From Proteromonas lacertae (lineage: Eukaryota): a stretch of DNA of 64,000 nucleotides. Below the pieces are notes generated by a model, which made no database searches, was not told where the DNA came from, and worked only from the letters and a program-made list of their open reading frames with translations. The stretch covers positions 496,001 to 560,000 of the forward strand of contig NGBS01000871.1 of the NCBI GenBank assembly GCA_002245135.1, given 5' to 3'. Shown here one piece after another: positions 12,831 through 26,217 of the stretch; the first letter of the stretch is position 1; the number at the start of each line of letters is the position of its first letter. Position numbers and translations under genes: made by a program.

Positions 12831-14570
12831 ATGTCATTAACTTTTCAGGCTATTAAAGCTAAATCTGAAGCTAGGAACGCAGTATTTTTGTTATGCTAAT
12901 ATTTTTATAAAGGAGGAAAAGAAATTGAAAGATAGAAAGAGGAATATAACTGTTTTAGTTTATAGTTATTTAATGGATAATGGGTATGATAATTGTACAT
13001 TGCAATACTGTAGATTAGTAAGAACAGCAGAACAACTCAAAAATGAATCACAAATCCCTCTTAATAAATACCAACTAGCAGATAATATAGCCTTACCAGA
13101 CATTATACATGTATGAAAAATAGCAATATATATATTAGGAATATGAAGAGTATTATCAACTGAAATTTGATAGAAAACCAGTATTAGTCAGAAGTTCAGC
13201 AGTGCAAGAAACACCAGACGATGGATTACCAACACTTCCAACACTTGGTAATTTAACAGGCTTACCATCCATTCCAAATCAAAGAAATAAAAGGAATAAT
13301 AGCAATAATTCAACACATCGAAGTAGTGATAAAATAAAACAACCACAGCCACCAAAAGAGGAAAGACCAAATTCATCATCAGCCTTAGAATTAGTAGGAA
13401 TGACAATATCATTTTTTTTATAAATTCTAATAATTCTTTAACTCTTTTCTTTTTTTTTACCCACCTCAAGTAACAAATCCAGTTTCAACTCATACTCCCA
13501 AAGTTGATAAAGATGATTTCAGAATGAAATTAACTGACTTTATGAGAGGTTTAAATGATGAAAGTAGAGAATTAGCATTAATGATTTCACATGATATATT
13601 TTCTCAAGATCCAAATGTTCATTGGGATGATATTATTGGATTAGATGATGCAAAATCAATATTTCGTGAAGCTGTAGAAATGCCAATTAAATATCCACAA
13701 ATATTTACTGGTTTATTGAAACCTTGGCATGGAATGTTGTTGTATGGACCACCAGGAACGGGAAAGACTATGTTGGCAAAGGCTGTAGCAACTCAAGTAT
13801 GTATAAAAAATATTCAATTTATGTTTTTTTTTCCTTTTTTCCTTTTTTTATATTTTATTTTTGTATATATATAGTGTAATACAACTTTTTTCAATGTAAC
13901 AGCAAGTACAATGGTAAGCAAATGGAGAGGAGATTCAGAAAAGCTAGTCAGAATGCTATTCGACTTAGCTAAAATGGCTGCTCCTTCTACAATATTTATA
14001 GATGAAATTGATTCAATATTGTCTCAAAGAGGAGGTGGTGAAGGAAGTTCAGAACACGAAGCAAGTCATCGAATGAAAACAGAATTATTAATACAAATGA
14101 ATGGTCTAGCAAAATCTGATTCGTTAGTCTTCGTATTAGCTGCCAGTAATATGCCTTGGATATTAGATCAAGCTTTATTGAGAAGGCTTGATAAAAAAAT
14201 ATATGTTCCATTACCTATTAAAAGAGCAAGAGAAAATATGATTAGGAAATTACTCTCACCTTATGTGAAAGAAAGTGAAATAGATTTTGACTTTATAGCT
14301 GAAAAAACAAATGGATATTCAGGTTCAGATATAGAATTAGTATGTAGAGAAGCAGTAATGAGAAAAGGAAGATTATTAATGAGGAAATTAGATGCGTTAG
14401 AAAGAGATTCAACTCTATCATTTGGAAATGAATATGCAAAATTAGAACCAGTTACAATGGATGATATTGATAAAGCATTAGAAGTTACTAAACCAACAGC
14501 TATGAGAGATAATGATAAGTTTATTAGTTGGACCAATCAATTTGCTTCTAATAATGTACCAGATGAATAA
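12831..14570 (+). CDS. KATNAL2: Katanin p60 subunit A-like 2 (LisH plus AAA ATPase)
   Basis: [15 protein letters not shown]...[17 protein letters not shown] (LisH), [33 protein letters not shown] and [13 protein letters not shown]. Four GT-AG introns plus one AT-AC intron. Confidence 0.92.
13406..13460 (+). other. U12-type AT-AC intron (55 nt) in KATNAL2
   Basis: Donor ATATCATTT, branch TTCTTTAAC, acceptor TTTAC. Phase-0 removal joins ORF 13202 to the frame of ORF 13524. The nearby GT-AG alternative (13394-13470) creates a TAA. Confidence 0.85.
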
Positions 14571-14707
14571 TAAATAAATATAATGTTATAATTTATTGAT
14601 TTATTTTGTTGAATTTCTAAAAAGAAAAAAAAGAAAGAGTATATAACAACTAAGATTAATTAATAATAATAATAATAACACTCATAATATCTATCATTTT
14701 CTCTCTA

Positions 14708-15691
14708 TTAATTAGTTTTTTGATGGAATTTGGAATATAAACCAGCTGTATCTTCCCCAAACGGCATATATAATACTGTCAGAATAGTACCAAGCAAAGT
14801 AAAACCTAACATTATAGCTGTCCATATCATTATCTGATATTCACTGATATTATTAGAAATTTCTAGAACAGTCTTATTCGCTTCTTTCTTATCATCTGTA
14901 ACTTCCACTAAGTTTCTATAACCTGGCTTTATTTCTCTAGTTGTACCTGGTATGATTAATTTTGTCATTTGAGGTTCAGGAAATCCTACATATAACTCAA
15001 ACATCTTTGTTAACTCTAAATTAATTGTATCTTTATCTTCTGGTGACGCAAAGAATGGATCATCAATGTTTAAAATTGGAATATAAACAAATATTTTTTG
15101 CATTTTCTTTTCCATTTTTTCTTTAAGTTCCTTATACTGTTCTTTGATATATTCTATTTCTGTTAATAGTGTGTAATCATTTCTTCCATCTGGATTACCA
15201 ATACGAGTAAATGTCTATACAAAATAAATGTAATAGAATAATTAATACCACTGGACATAGATATTTGTTTAATGTAATACAATATCCTTCTATTTCTTCA
15301 TCCACAATTGCATCCATAACGTTCCATTCTCCTAAATTTGGTACGTTAGCACGAACTAAGTGTAATGCAGTATTATTGGATTCTATAGAATATAAAGTCT
15401 TGTTAAAATATGTCTGAACTGCTGGCAATCGTAAAATCACAGCTATTTTTATAAAAAGTGGGTAAAAATACAAGATGCAGCACCATCGAAGATAAAAAAA
15501 ACTTGAGTACGAGCATAAGTTGTATTGTCTTTGGGTGTATTTTTTCCTAAAGATTAAAAGCAAAATACCGGTTGCAGTAGATGCTTTGTGAATATTTTTA
15601 GTCTTTTGCTTCTTTGATCCAGCCTACACAATTATTGAATGTAAAATACATAAATAAGTGAAATAAAAAGAAACAGTAACAAGTATTTCAT
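14708..15691 (-). CDS. Type I membrane protein with ATP6AP2/(pro)renin-receptor-like C-terminus (V-ATPase accessory)
   Basis: Signal peptide MKYLLLFLFISLIY and four GT-AG introns. The C-terminus ISEYQIMIWTAIMLG...LYMPFGEDTAGLYSKF resembles the ATP6AP2 TM and tail. Confidence 0.55.
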
Positions 15692-15883
15692 TGTGAAATC
15701 TCAAAAAGAAATATTGAATAACAAGCTTTTGCTTGAATGTATTATGATGATTATATCATGTCCTCATTGATAAAATGAATTACATATAGTTAGAATGAAC
15801 TGTAATATCGATGTTTAGATTGAACAAACATAAACAAAAAGCTAATAACAATAATAATAAAAAATAAATCAACAATACAACTC

Positions 15884-16950
15884 TTATCCAAGAATACCAC
15901 GACTTTTCCTAGCAACTAAAGACTGTAAATAACATATCTGAACAAAGCAAACTATAAAATAAGTAAATCCTTCTAGCAAAGTATATCCATTTAATCTCTT
16001 GTTAGTGCTTTCTTGTGTAGATTGATGTCTCTTATGTCTTAACCCCATATAATTCTGTTCTCTTGCAATAGCATTCAACTCATTAGTAATTTGTTTCAAT
16101 TTCTCTTCTAAAGGATTAGTTTTTGAATCTTTCTGCTTCTCTTTCTTTGTTCTAGTTGATAATCCAAATGTAACAACTCTATTTTCAGCAGAATAAGGTG
16201 AATTTGAAAAACAAAATTCATATCTATCACCTTTCTTTACTGAAGTATATTTAAATACTTGTTCACTATTATTTTCATCATATAATACATTACCTAAATG
16301 ATTTGTTACTTTCAAGCTTACTCTCAAATCTTCTCCACTTGTTACATAATAAGCACCTCTTATCGTTTGTTTATCTTTGTTTGTTGTTTCAGAAAAACAA
16401 GATATCTGGCCTGGCGGTATTATAAAGTTATAGGATGTATCTGGATCAAATTCATCTAGTAATTCTTTATCATCTGATTTTAAATTATTCCATTTTTCTA
16501 ATCTTCGAATTAATGGAGCAGTTTTTGAGTTTTGTTGTTGTATTGATGGAGTTACATTCGCTTCTGGTGGTTTTTGTTTTTCAAGAAGTTGAAATTGTTC
16601 ATCAATATGAAAAAGAAAATGTTGTATGTCTGAATGGGATGTTCTTCCAGCTTCTTGTAACATTTGTGCTTTTCTTTTCTGTTCCAATAATTCATTGTAT
16701 AAATGTAAATACATGGATGGAGTTAAATTGGTAGGTGATGTTTCAGTGATTAAAGTAGGAAAAAGCTGTGGTAAATCTGAAGCTGGTATCTTTTCACTTA
16801 ACAATGACTTAAAAGCGTTCATATCTTTAGCTAATTTCAACTTTTCTACTAATTTTGTTGCATTAACTATTAAAAATTAGCACAATTAAATATACTTGCA
16901 TTAATAATCACAGATAACAACAATATATACTTTAGTGAGTGATGAAGCAT
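15884..16950 (-). CDS. p24/emp24/GOLD family cargo receptor with N-terminal extension
   Basis: Signal peptide, GOLD domain (FIIPPGQISCF...YEFCFSNS), coiled coil (EQNYMGLRHKRHQSTQESTNKR) and C-terminal TM. One intron. Confidence 0.85.
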
Positions 16951-17029
16951 TTTTAAAAAAATGAATATTAGTCAAACAGTAACTCAAGCCTATTTTATTT
17001 TTTGGTTATATATCAAAATCAAAGGATTT

Positions 17030-17489
17030 ATGTCCAGTGTAATTATTTCTATAATATTATTTTACGCTAGAGAGTAAAAGTTGAAATAGTTACAGCAGGA
17101 GATGGAGTAAACTATCCCAAAAGTGGTAACAATGTTACTATTCATTATACTGGTTATGTATTATTTTTTTCATATTACTATTATTAGTTGTCGGACACAA
17201 CAAAGTTTGATTCATCAAGAGATAGAGGAAAGCCGTTTGAGTTTCGACTTGGAGCAGAGCAAGTCATTCCTGGTTTGGATGAAGGTGTGTCACAAGTATA
17301 AATTATTACAGAATTATAAAGAATAGTTGAGTGTTGGTGAAAGAGCTAAAGTAACAATTTCACCAGAAGCAGCATATGGCGAAAGAGGATTTCCTGGATT
17401 GTATATATATATATATATAATATACTATATATAGAATACCACCAAATTCCACTTTAATATTTGATATAGAGTTATTGTCATTTTTTTAA
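17030..17489 (+). CDS. FKBP12: FKBP12-type peptidyl-prolyl isomerase
   Basis: Spliced product [33 protein letters not shown]...[17 protein letters not shown]...VIPGLDEGV...[24 protein letters not shown]. Four GT-AG introns. Missed by the ORF track. Confidence 0.95.
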
Positions 17490-17636
17490 TGTAATTTTAG
17501 ATGTTTATAGCATTTTGTACATTAAATTAATAAATAAGCACAATAATAGGAAAGATTGAAAGTTATAATTTATTATTATAAATTTGATCGTTTTATACTT
17601 TTCAAACTAGTTTGGTCATTTTTATTTTGAAAAGAG

Positions 17637-18100
17637 ATGGATATCAAAGCAATTACGAAATCTTTTGAAGAATATCCAGAAGCAGATCATGTATGTTATA
17701 TATATTTACTCGTTCATAGAGAGAAGAAATAAAAACAAGTTTGAAGAATGTATTTTCTAGCCTTACTGATTATACAAGCGAATCACTAAGATGTATATAA
17801 TCTGAGAATATTATATATAGCTGTGAATATGGAACTGGAGTCTTTTTTGGAAGTATTAAAATCAACCAATTCAGAAATAAAAGAATATAGTCCTGCTGTA
17901 CAAGCTATTGATCTATGGAATAAACACCTGGAAGAATGTTGTATATATGCTTACAATGTAATTTAAGTTTAGTTCACGTAATTCAGCCACAAGTGAAAGA
18001 ATTAAAACAGTTACAAGCTCAAACAGCTCAATTAAAACAATATTTACAAGAGATTGACCAATATGTTACTCAATTAGAGAATACTGTGAAAGAGTTGTAA
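17637..18100 (+). CDS. BLOC1S2: BLOC-1 subunit 2-like small coiled-coil protein
   Basis: Three GT-AG introns give ...NVFSSLTDYTSESLRSVNMELESF...IQPQVKELKQLQAQTAQLKQYLQEIDQYVTQLENTVKEL, which follows the BLOC1S2 pattern (recalled similarity). Confidence 0.6.
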
Positions 18101-18254
18101 TAAACATTATATTTAATTTATATTTTGTTTTTAATTGTATTATTAGAATGTTAATATCATTCTTTCATAGAACGAGATTGTATCAATACTGTAACACATA
18201 ATAATAATTATGAGATATAATTATAATTATTTATTGTTGAAGCTACTTTTCAAC

Positions 18255-21200
18255 TTAAACAGGAGGGTAAAAATAGGGCAAAATTCGATAAGGACGCCTT
18301 TTGTCCAACCCAATGTTGAAGTATTCTTTGGATAATTCTTTCTTTTCTTCTTTACAAATTCCATCTATTTTGATTAATCCAATTGTTGAAAATGTTTTTA
18401 AGAATGATTTTAATTCTGATTTATCTATATTTTCTTTTACAGTTATAGATAATTCATCTAAATTCTCAAATAATTCTTTGTTTTCTATCATCATTCTCAA
18501 TTCACTTTCATTCAATTCATTTCCAGATATAATTATTTCTTCTAATTTTTTACATTTTTTTAATCTTTCTATTATCATTTTTAATCCCTTTTCACTCATT
18601 CCAATATCTATCAAAATTATAGAATAATATCCATAAAATACTAGAAAGATTTAATGAGTATATTTTCATTCTCACTGATTTAATTAATACTATAAAAGAA
18701 TCAAAATATTTACATATTATTTCTACCCCTTCATCCCCAATTTTATTATCATTAATGTAAATATATCTATCTGAATAATTTGGCAAAGTATCTGTTAATT
18801 CTTTTAATCCTTTTGAAGTAATGTTGTTGTTGGATAAATTAAGTGTTTTACCATCAATCTGTTTAATTAATGAAATATGAGAATCATTAATACTCATATC
18901 TATTACATAAAAATACATATCTTATACTCGAAAAATCATATTCTTTATATTCACTAACATAATATAGTTTTCTACTTTTCTTTTTAACACAATAATCCAA
19001 ATAATACTCCAATTCTTCATTTGCCCAGGATGTATTATTCATTTGAATAAATGGATTTTCTTCTTTTTCTAATGATTTTGAACAAATTGATTTTAATCCA
19101 TTCATTGTTATATTATTTCCACTTAACTTCAATATTTCACAATCTCTACTAATTAAATCTGTTTTATTTGCCAATAATATCACATTTTCATCATCAATTG
19201 AGACATTACTTAAATTGATAATATTATCTCTATTTATTAACATATTTAATTTGTTTAATAACAACTTCATTCCATCATTTCCAATAGGATTACCTATTGA
19301 ATTATTATCAAAAAAATATTATCTATATACCATGAAGGATTACTGGACAAATGTTTATATATTTTTGAACATAATTCATTATATACTCTAATCCAATTGA
19401 ATCTATATTGTTGTAACTAATATCAATTATTAAGTTATAGGGATCTCTAATATTTAAAATCTTTAGACCATCAATCAAATACATTAATCCATTTGTAGAT
19501 AATCCCATTTCTATTTTATTTTAGATTATAACAACTATACTTGAACAATTTATTATTATACCACAAATCCTAGTAGCTTCTTTCTTTATTAGATGTAAAT
19601 ATGGAGATAATAATTTCATTCCTTCATCTCCTATTACATTTCCATATAATTGAAGACATTTCAGACTTGAAAATGAAGATAAATTGTTAATCAGGATTTT
19701 TATACTTTTATAAGATAGTCTATTATCTAAAGATTATAATAAATTTCCGATATACTACTTAAATCTAACTTGACTATCACTTTTAATTCACTTGATCTTA
19801 AAGAAATGAATGATTTGAAAAAATCATCACCTATTACTGAATTATCTAAACACAATTCATTATAGCTATATTCATTATAGATATATTGCATTAATTTTGG
19901 AATGTCTTTATCTACCAATAATTCTTTACTTTCGTTATAACCAAATTTTATCTTTGATATAGTATATTTGGAGAATAAGGCTTTTAATCCAACTGAATGA
20001 ATATGTTTGTTATATAAAATATTAATTTCATTAATATTTGGATATTTGTATAATTCTTCTGATAATACTACCATTGAATCGTCATTTAAATTCATTCCTG
20101 ATAAATCCAAATCACATCTATCAATCAATAAATGCAAATATGGAAGTAACAATTTAAATCCTTTTGAACCAATTGGATTATCTATGTTAATGTACAATAT
20201 AATTATTAAAACATATACATTTTAAACTAACATATGTTAATTTCATGAATGGAATTGATTTCACAAACGATTCTATGAAATCAGAATTAAGACTACTTCT
20301 TGATAAATCTAAAAACTCTAAACTTGATAGTTGAGAAAAACATGATCCAAATAATGATTGATATTCAACTGGAACATTAATATGACTACTATAATGAAGA
20401 TCTAAATAAATACAAAATGTTTTGAATTATACAATTCGTCATGTCTTTTGGATTGATAAGTTTTATTATTCTGAAGAAATAGTTAATCCCTTCTTTACAC
20501 AAACAAATAGAGTTTTGATTAATACTTATTACATTGAAAGTATTCATTTGGAATAGTGCTTTATCTAAATAACATTCTTTTTCACATTCAATATGTCTAT
20601 GAAGAATGTGAAATTTCAGTTTATTTTGTATTGAACCATTATATGTATATATGTTCATCATTACTAATAAAGCTAATACACTTTCATTATATTCTTTATT
20701 GTATATATATTATAATTCATCTCGAATTCTTTCTCTTTTATTATTTTGAAGAAAATATTCTGCTTTACTATTAAATGGCAATATTTCTATTATATAATCA
20801 TTATTATATAAAATATCTTTTCTTTCTTTACACATCACTATATTGTTATCATCATCTTTCATTATCTCACTCATTTCTATCATTTCTTTTCTCAACTCTT
20901 TTAAGTTTATTCTATCTTCACTCTTCACTTTTAGTATTTTGTTCATCATTATTTTCATCATATTATCACATTTCATATCCAAATTGTATTTACATCTTAT
21001 TATATTCTCCTTTATTTTATTCATATTTTCATCTTCATTGAATGGTAATTTCTTACAAATCATTTCATATAATATACATCCAATAGACCAAATCACACTT
21101 CTTTCATTACATTCATATCCATTCAATTCTTCTGGAGATTTTAAGCAAATATCATATATTCTCATATATTCTTCTTTTCTCAGTAAATCTAGGAATAAAT

Positions 21201-21695
21201 CACACAACTTTATTTTACCATCATCTATTATTATATTGCTACTCTTCAAATTACTAACTATTATATTATATTCATCCAAAATAATCAGTAAATTACATAG
21301 TGAAGATATTACATAACACACATGACCTCTTTGTAAGTATTTACACTGAATAAGCTCTTCTATATCATGCTTATAATATTCTCTTACCAATACCATATAT
21401 TCACTGCAACTACTCAACTGAAATGCTTTATAAGGACACATAAAGGTGGAACAACAGTCTAACAACAATGAGCTAACTTCCAAGAATTTTAATACTTTCG
21501 TTTCACTAATTTCACAAACATTAAATATTTTCATCATCTTACTACCATTTTCACGTTGCATTACTAAATTTACTTCACCAACACTTTTTTTAACCCTTTC
21601 TTTTATCTACAAAAATAAAACAATTAAAATACTTCAGAACCAGATAATAATAGTAAGTATATAACATCATCTACAAAAGATTTTAAACAAAACAT
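18255..21695 (-). pseudogene. Pseudokinase plus RNI-like LRR protein, copy 1; one in-frame TAA at 20710-20712
   Basis: Kinase-like domain with VSNLKSSN in place of HRDLK, DLF in place of DFG, and SPE...IWSIGCILYEM. It is followed by many LxLSxNxIxxxG repeats joined by GT-AG introns. ORFs 20710-21561 and 20389-20661 share one frame and are separated only by TAA. Confidence 0.7.
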
Positions 21696-21790
21696 TTTCA
21701 AACTTGTTTGACTTAAAAATACACCGTATAAACTGTATTAGATGTATTTCAACTAATCAAGCCGCAATGCTTGACAGTTTGTTTTTCTAA

Positions 21791-22033
21791 ATGCCTTTAG
21801 TGAGTTATGCACAGTATAAATTATGTCAAGATGAATTTGTAATAAGTTTATCAATACTGCAAGTATGAAATTGACAATCTAATTTGGACTAGAAAGAAAT
21901 CCAAAAGTTTAAAAGTAGACTACTGGATGTAAGGGTATTAAAATTCTTTTCAATTGTATGATGTATGAAATATGGTTTTTAGAATGAAGAAGAGTGTTTT
22001 AATTCTATTTTTAGTTTAGAAAGAGGTATAGTG

Positions 22034-22091
<58 letters not shown>

Positions 22092-25000
22092 AAGTGAATT
22101 ATTAGATGAAGAGTGTATAATGGAAGTATGTAAGAGAGTAGAAAATATGTTTATGAAATTACAAAGTATTTGTGGTTTATGTATATAGTTTATAGTAAAA
22201 CAATTTTCACCTATAATATGGAAGTTGCTATACAAAGACAGTGTTCCGAATAACATAAAAGAATCATTTGATTTATATACAAATTCAATACCTGTTGATT
22301 ATTAGTATATAAATATGAATGAAATTATTTATGTTATATAGTCTAAAGAAAGATGGTTATGTATCTAAACGAAGTAGAAAAATGATGAAACATGTAATAA
22401 ACAAAAATGAAAGTGCAAAAAAGAATTATGTAGTTGAAAATATCATCAATATACCCCCCAAAATTCACGAATCCCCAACAAAAGAATTAGGAAATTGGTC
22501 AAGATCTGCTCGAGATTTATTTACACGTATGAATTTACAAATATATTTTTCAAAATAGATTTGAATGATTCTCCAGGTCCTGGTGCTTATTATACTGATG
22601 AAATGAAATCAAATAATAATAATGAAACATTAAATTCCACTTTTGGTACATCTGAAAGATCAAATTTTGAAATAATTAATTACGAAGAAGGTCCAGTTTG
22701 TCCTCGTTTAAAAGATGGATATATACATGAAGCACATAAACACAATAATAAAAATAGAAGTAAGAATGATCTATTTTCTTTGATGAATAAAAGTGAACTA
22801 AATTGGGGTGAAAATGATGAAGAATGGAATGAATTGTTTAATAATATGTTAGAGAATATGAAACAGGAGTATTATGAAAAATATGGAATAGAATGTAAAA
22901 TATTTGACATTAATTTACAAAATGAAATGAGTGAAGAAGAAAAAGAAAGATTAATAACAGAACTTCGTGATTGGATAAAAAATGGAAAAGGAGATTTATT
23001 GACATTTTTCCAAACTTATTTTAAAGATATGCGACCAAGTCAAATACTGCAATATTTAGATTTATTAGAGAGTCTTCTACCTGATAATAGCACAAGATGT
23101 GTTATATGTTTTAGAATGATTGACGAACATAACATTGAAGAATTGACAGATTGTATATCAGTACATCAGACAATATTACAAGAAATATATAAAGCTAGAT
23201 TGCAGAAGAAAGTAGTGAATATTTGGTTGAATAAAAATGAAGAAAGAGAGATGAAAGAAAAGAGTGGTGAAATACCAAAGAGTATTGGTAATAAAATCAA
23301 ATCAAAGCTGAGTAAAATTAGAAGAAAGAAAAGTGTTGTGGAAAGTAAAAATAATTATAATGATAATACTCATGATGATATTCAATTGTCAGTAACATCG
23401 AATAATAATACAAAAATGAATGAAACTTCAAAAGAAGGTAAAGTAGAAAAGAAGGAAGAAGAAAAAGAAAAAGAAAAGAAAGAGATAAAAAACAAGAAAG
23501 ATAAATTAGAAAAGAAGAAGAATAAGAAGAAGAATGGGAAAGATGAAAGAAAAGTAGAAAATCCTCAACAACAACAACAACAACAGAATCATAATAATAA
23601 TAATAATAAAAGCCATACAAATACTCAATCAAAACAAAATAAATCCAATCCCTATGATTTCTTTAACGCTGATGAAAAGAATATAGAGAAAATCATATCA
23701 GAGAATAACAAAAACAATGAAAAACTAATAAATGAAAAGAAACAAAAGAAGATGATTAATGTAGAAACATTATTGAAACAACAACAAAACCAACAGAATT
23801 TCAGTCCAATTCCAAATATCTCTCCAAATATTACACTAACAACACCGCTTGATAGTAATAGTAATCAAATATCCACTCCATTTTCATTTAGTGAAGATAA
23901 AGGTAAAAAGAATAAAAAGAATAGTGATAATAATAATACAGCAAAAGAAAAGAGATTTAAAACATCAACAAATACAACTAGCAGTAGTACAACTAAAAGA
24001 AAAAGTCAAAAATCGAAAAAAGAAAGAAAAAGTGAGAAAATCAATAGTGATGAAGATTATGATATAGTTGCTGAAGGAGATATTACTGATAATTGGGAAT
24101 ATTACACATGTGATATGAAAAATTCAAATAAAATACTATGCAAACAGTGTAAAAAGAAGATATTAAGTCATTCTTTTGAAGAGTTGATTGTATGTAGTGG
24201 AAAAATAAAAGAATCGAATAAATACTTGAAGTTTATAACCACTTTGAAAAGACAGGAAAAAGAAAGAAAAATGAAAGAAAAGAATGAAAAAAAGAATAAT
24301 AAGGATGGAAAAACAGTAAAAGAGAAGAGTAAATTGGTTAGAACACTCAGTACAGAAACTTATGATTCATATAATAGCGAAGATTCTACTCCATCTGAAA
24401 CATCATTTTCATCTTCTTCAAATGCATATTTTAAGTTTAATGAAAAGGAAATATCTAGAAAAAACAATAGTAAATCAATCAAAAGTCGACAGATAGTTGA
24501 TAATAATAATAACGACATTTCAATTACTCCAATGTTAAAACCCAAAAGATTGTTAGATACAATGAATAATGTTGATATTCTCACTCCTTCATCATCATCT
24601 TATTCTATTAACAGTAATTCGCCAATAACACCATCTTCTTCTACTACTACTACATCTCATAATAATAATAATAATAATAGATCAATGAGACTTTCTCAAA
24701 TCTATAAAAATACTATTTTAGAAGAAAAAAATAATGAAAGTAAACCTCCGACTTCTAAACATACTACTGTTAATTCCATAAAACCAATACTCAATGAACA
24801 AAATTCAAATCATCACCAACCATCACCACTTATCAATGAATATATATCAAATTCTACTCCTTCTACTCCTAATGATACAATTGAGGTTGATAAATATGGA
24901 AATGCTTTATATATTCCACCACAATTAGATAATAATAATAATAATAAAGAAGAAGAAAGTAAGAATAGGTTTTTAATGAAATTGAATAAATTGCAAATGA

Positions 25001-25856
25001 AAAAGAGTAAAACTATTTCAATGAGTGATCTTAATAACAGTGAAAAATCAATTGAAAGGCCAAAAACAACTACAAATTTACAGCAAAATGAACAAAATGT
25101 TAAAGTTCTAAAGTCAAAAAGAGTTGAGCAATTAATAACAGAAGAAACACCATTAGAATCAATGAAAAAACAAACATTTAAATATAACAATAAACAACAA
25201 CAACAACAATCAATTCAAATAGAAATACCAAACAATGAAAAACATGGAAGAGATTCAATATTTAAGATGAAATTAGCAGCTGAATTATCTAATGATGATA
25301 ATCATAATGATACTCCATCATTATTATCGGTTAGATCATATAAATCACCTTCTCCATCTCCGAAGATGAATATAACTACAGCTCCATCTAGAATCATATC
25401 TACACCAATCATAATTTCTAATAATAAACCAACCACTACAAATCAATTTTGTAATAATAACTATAGCAATAAACCAGAAAATGATACAAACAATATTTGT
25501 CCATTTTGCAAGAAGCAAATTGCTCAACATAGTTATGATGAATTGGAAAACTGTTTAGCTAAAGAAGATAAAGGAATTGAATCAAATGTATTTCTATTTT
25601 TGTTAATTTCTATTATTAATAGTCTGGTATTGATATAACTGATATATGTATGACATGTCATACACTCTTGTCTTCTCATACTATTCCAAAATTAGAGAAA
25701 TGTATAGCAATTCAAGAAGATTTGATTGAAGAAGCGAAAATACTAGATACTGTGGCATTAGATAGGTATAACAAGTATAAGAAAAGAATTAAAGAGCAAC
25801 AGGAGAGAAATAGAAAAGAAAAGCTAGAAATGCAAAAACAATCAATTAGAAACTAA
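21791..25856 (+). CDS. Large low-complexity protein with a PGPGAY (SHIPPO/STPGR-like) motif and four CxxC-x6-H-x7-C motifs
   Basis: Several short 5' exons (start tentative), main exon about 22559-25587, last exon 25623-25856. Motifs read directly from the translation. Confidence 0.65.
22038..22086. repeat. (TA)n microsatellite inside an intron
   Basis: About 24 TA units between the GTATAG donor and the GTAG acceptor. Confidence 0.9.
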
Positions 25857-26217
25857 TTAAACACCTATATATCATTTAATTGCATTAATTTTAAACTGTT
25901 TATTGTTTTGAAAACAAAATAATGTGTGACTTTCTGTATGCGTAAAAACAGCTCATTAAGATTTGTGAAGAAAAGAAGTCTAAAAACTGTTTTCCATATC
26001 AACTAGCTGTAATTATAATGGTCCTTCCTAATTTCATTCAACTATACAACTGTAAATACAAATAATCAAAGGTTGCGAAATTTGAAAAACCACCTCAATA
26101 TTCATGTTATATAAAAAATATATATTCATTTGCCCACCAAAGCAGAACTCTCTTATGTCCAGTTCAAAAAATAGCAAATACAGTTAGTACAGTGTAGTAC
26201 ATCTGGATAAAGGATTA

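Noticed and set aside
15815..15890. Blastocystis-style stop codons created by polyadenylation (TGTTTGTT downstream of p24 on the minus strand)
   Set aside because: TGTT-rich 3' flanks are present, but every complete gene modelled here has an encoded stop codon.
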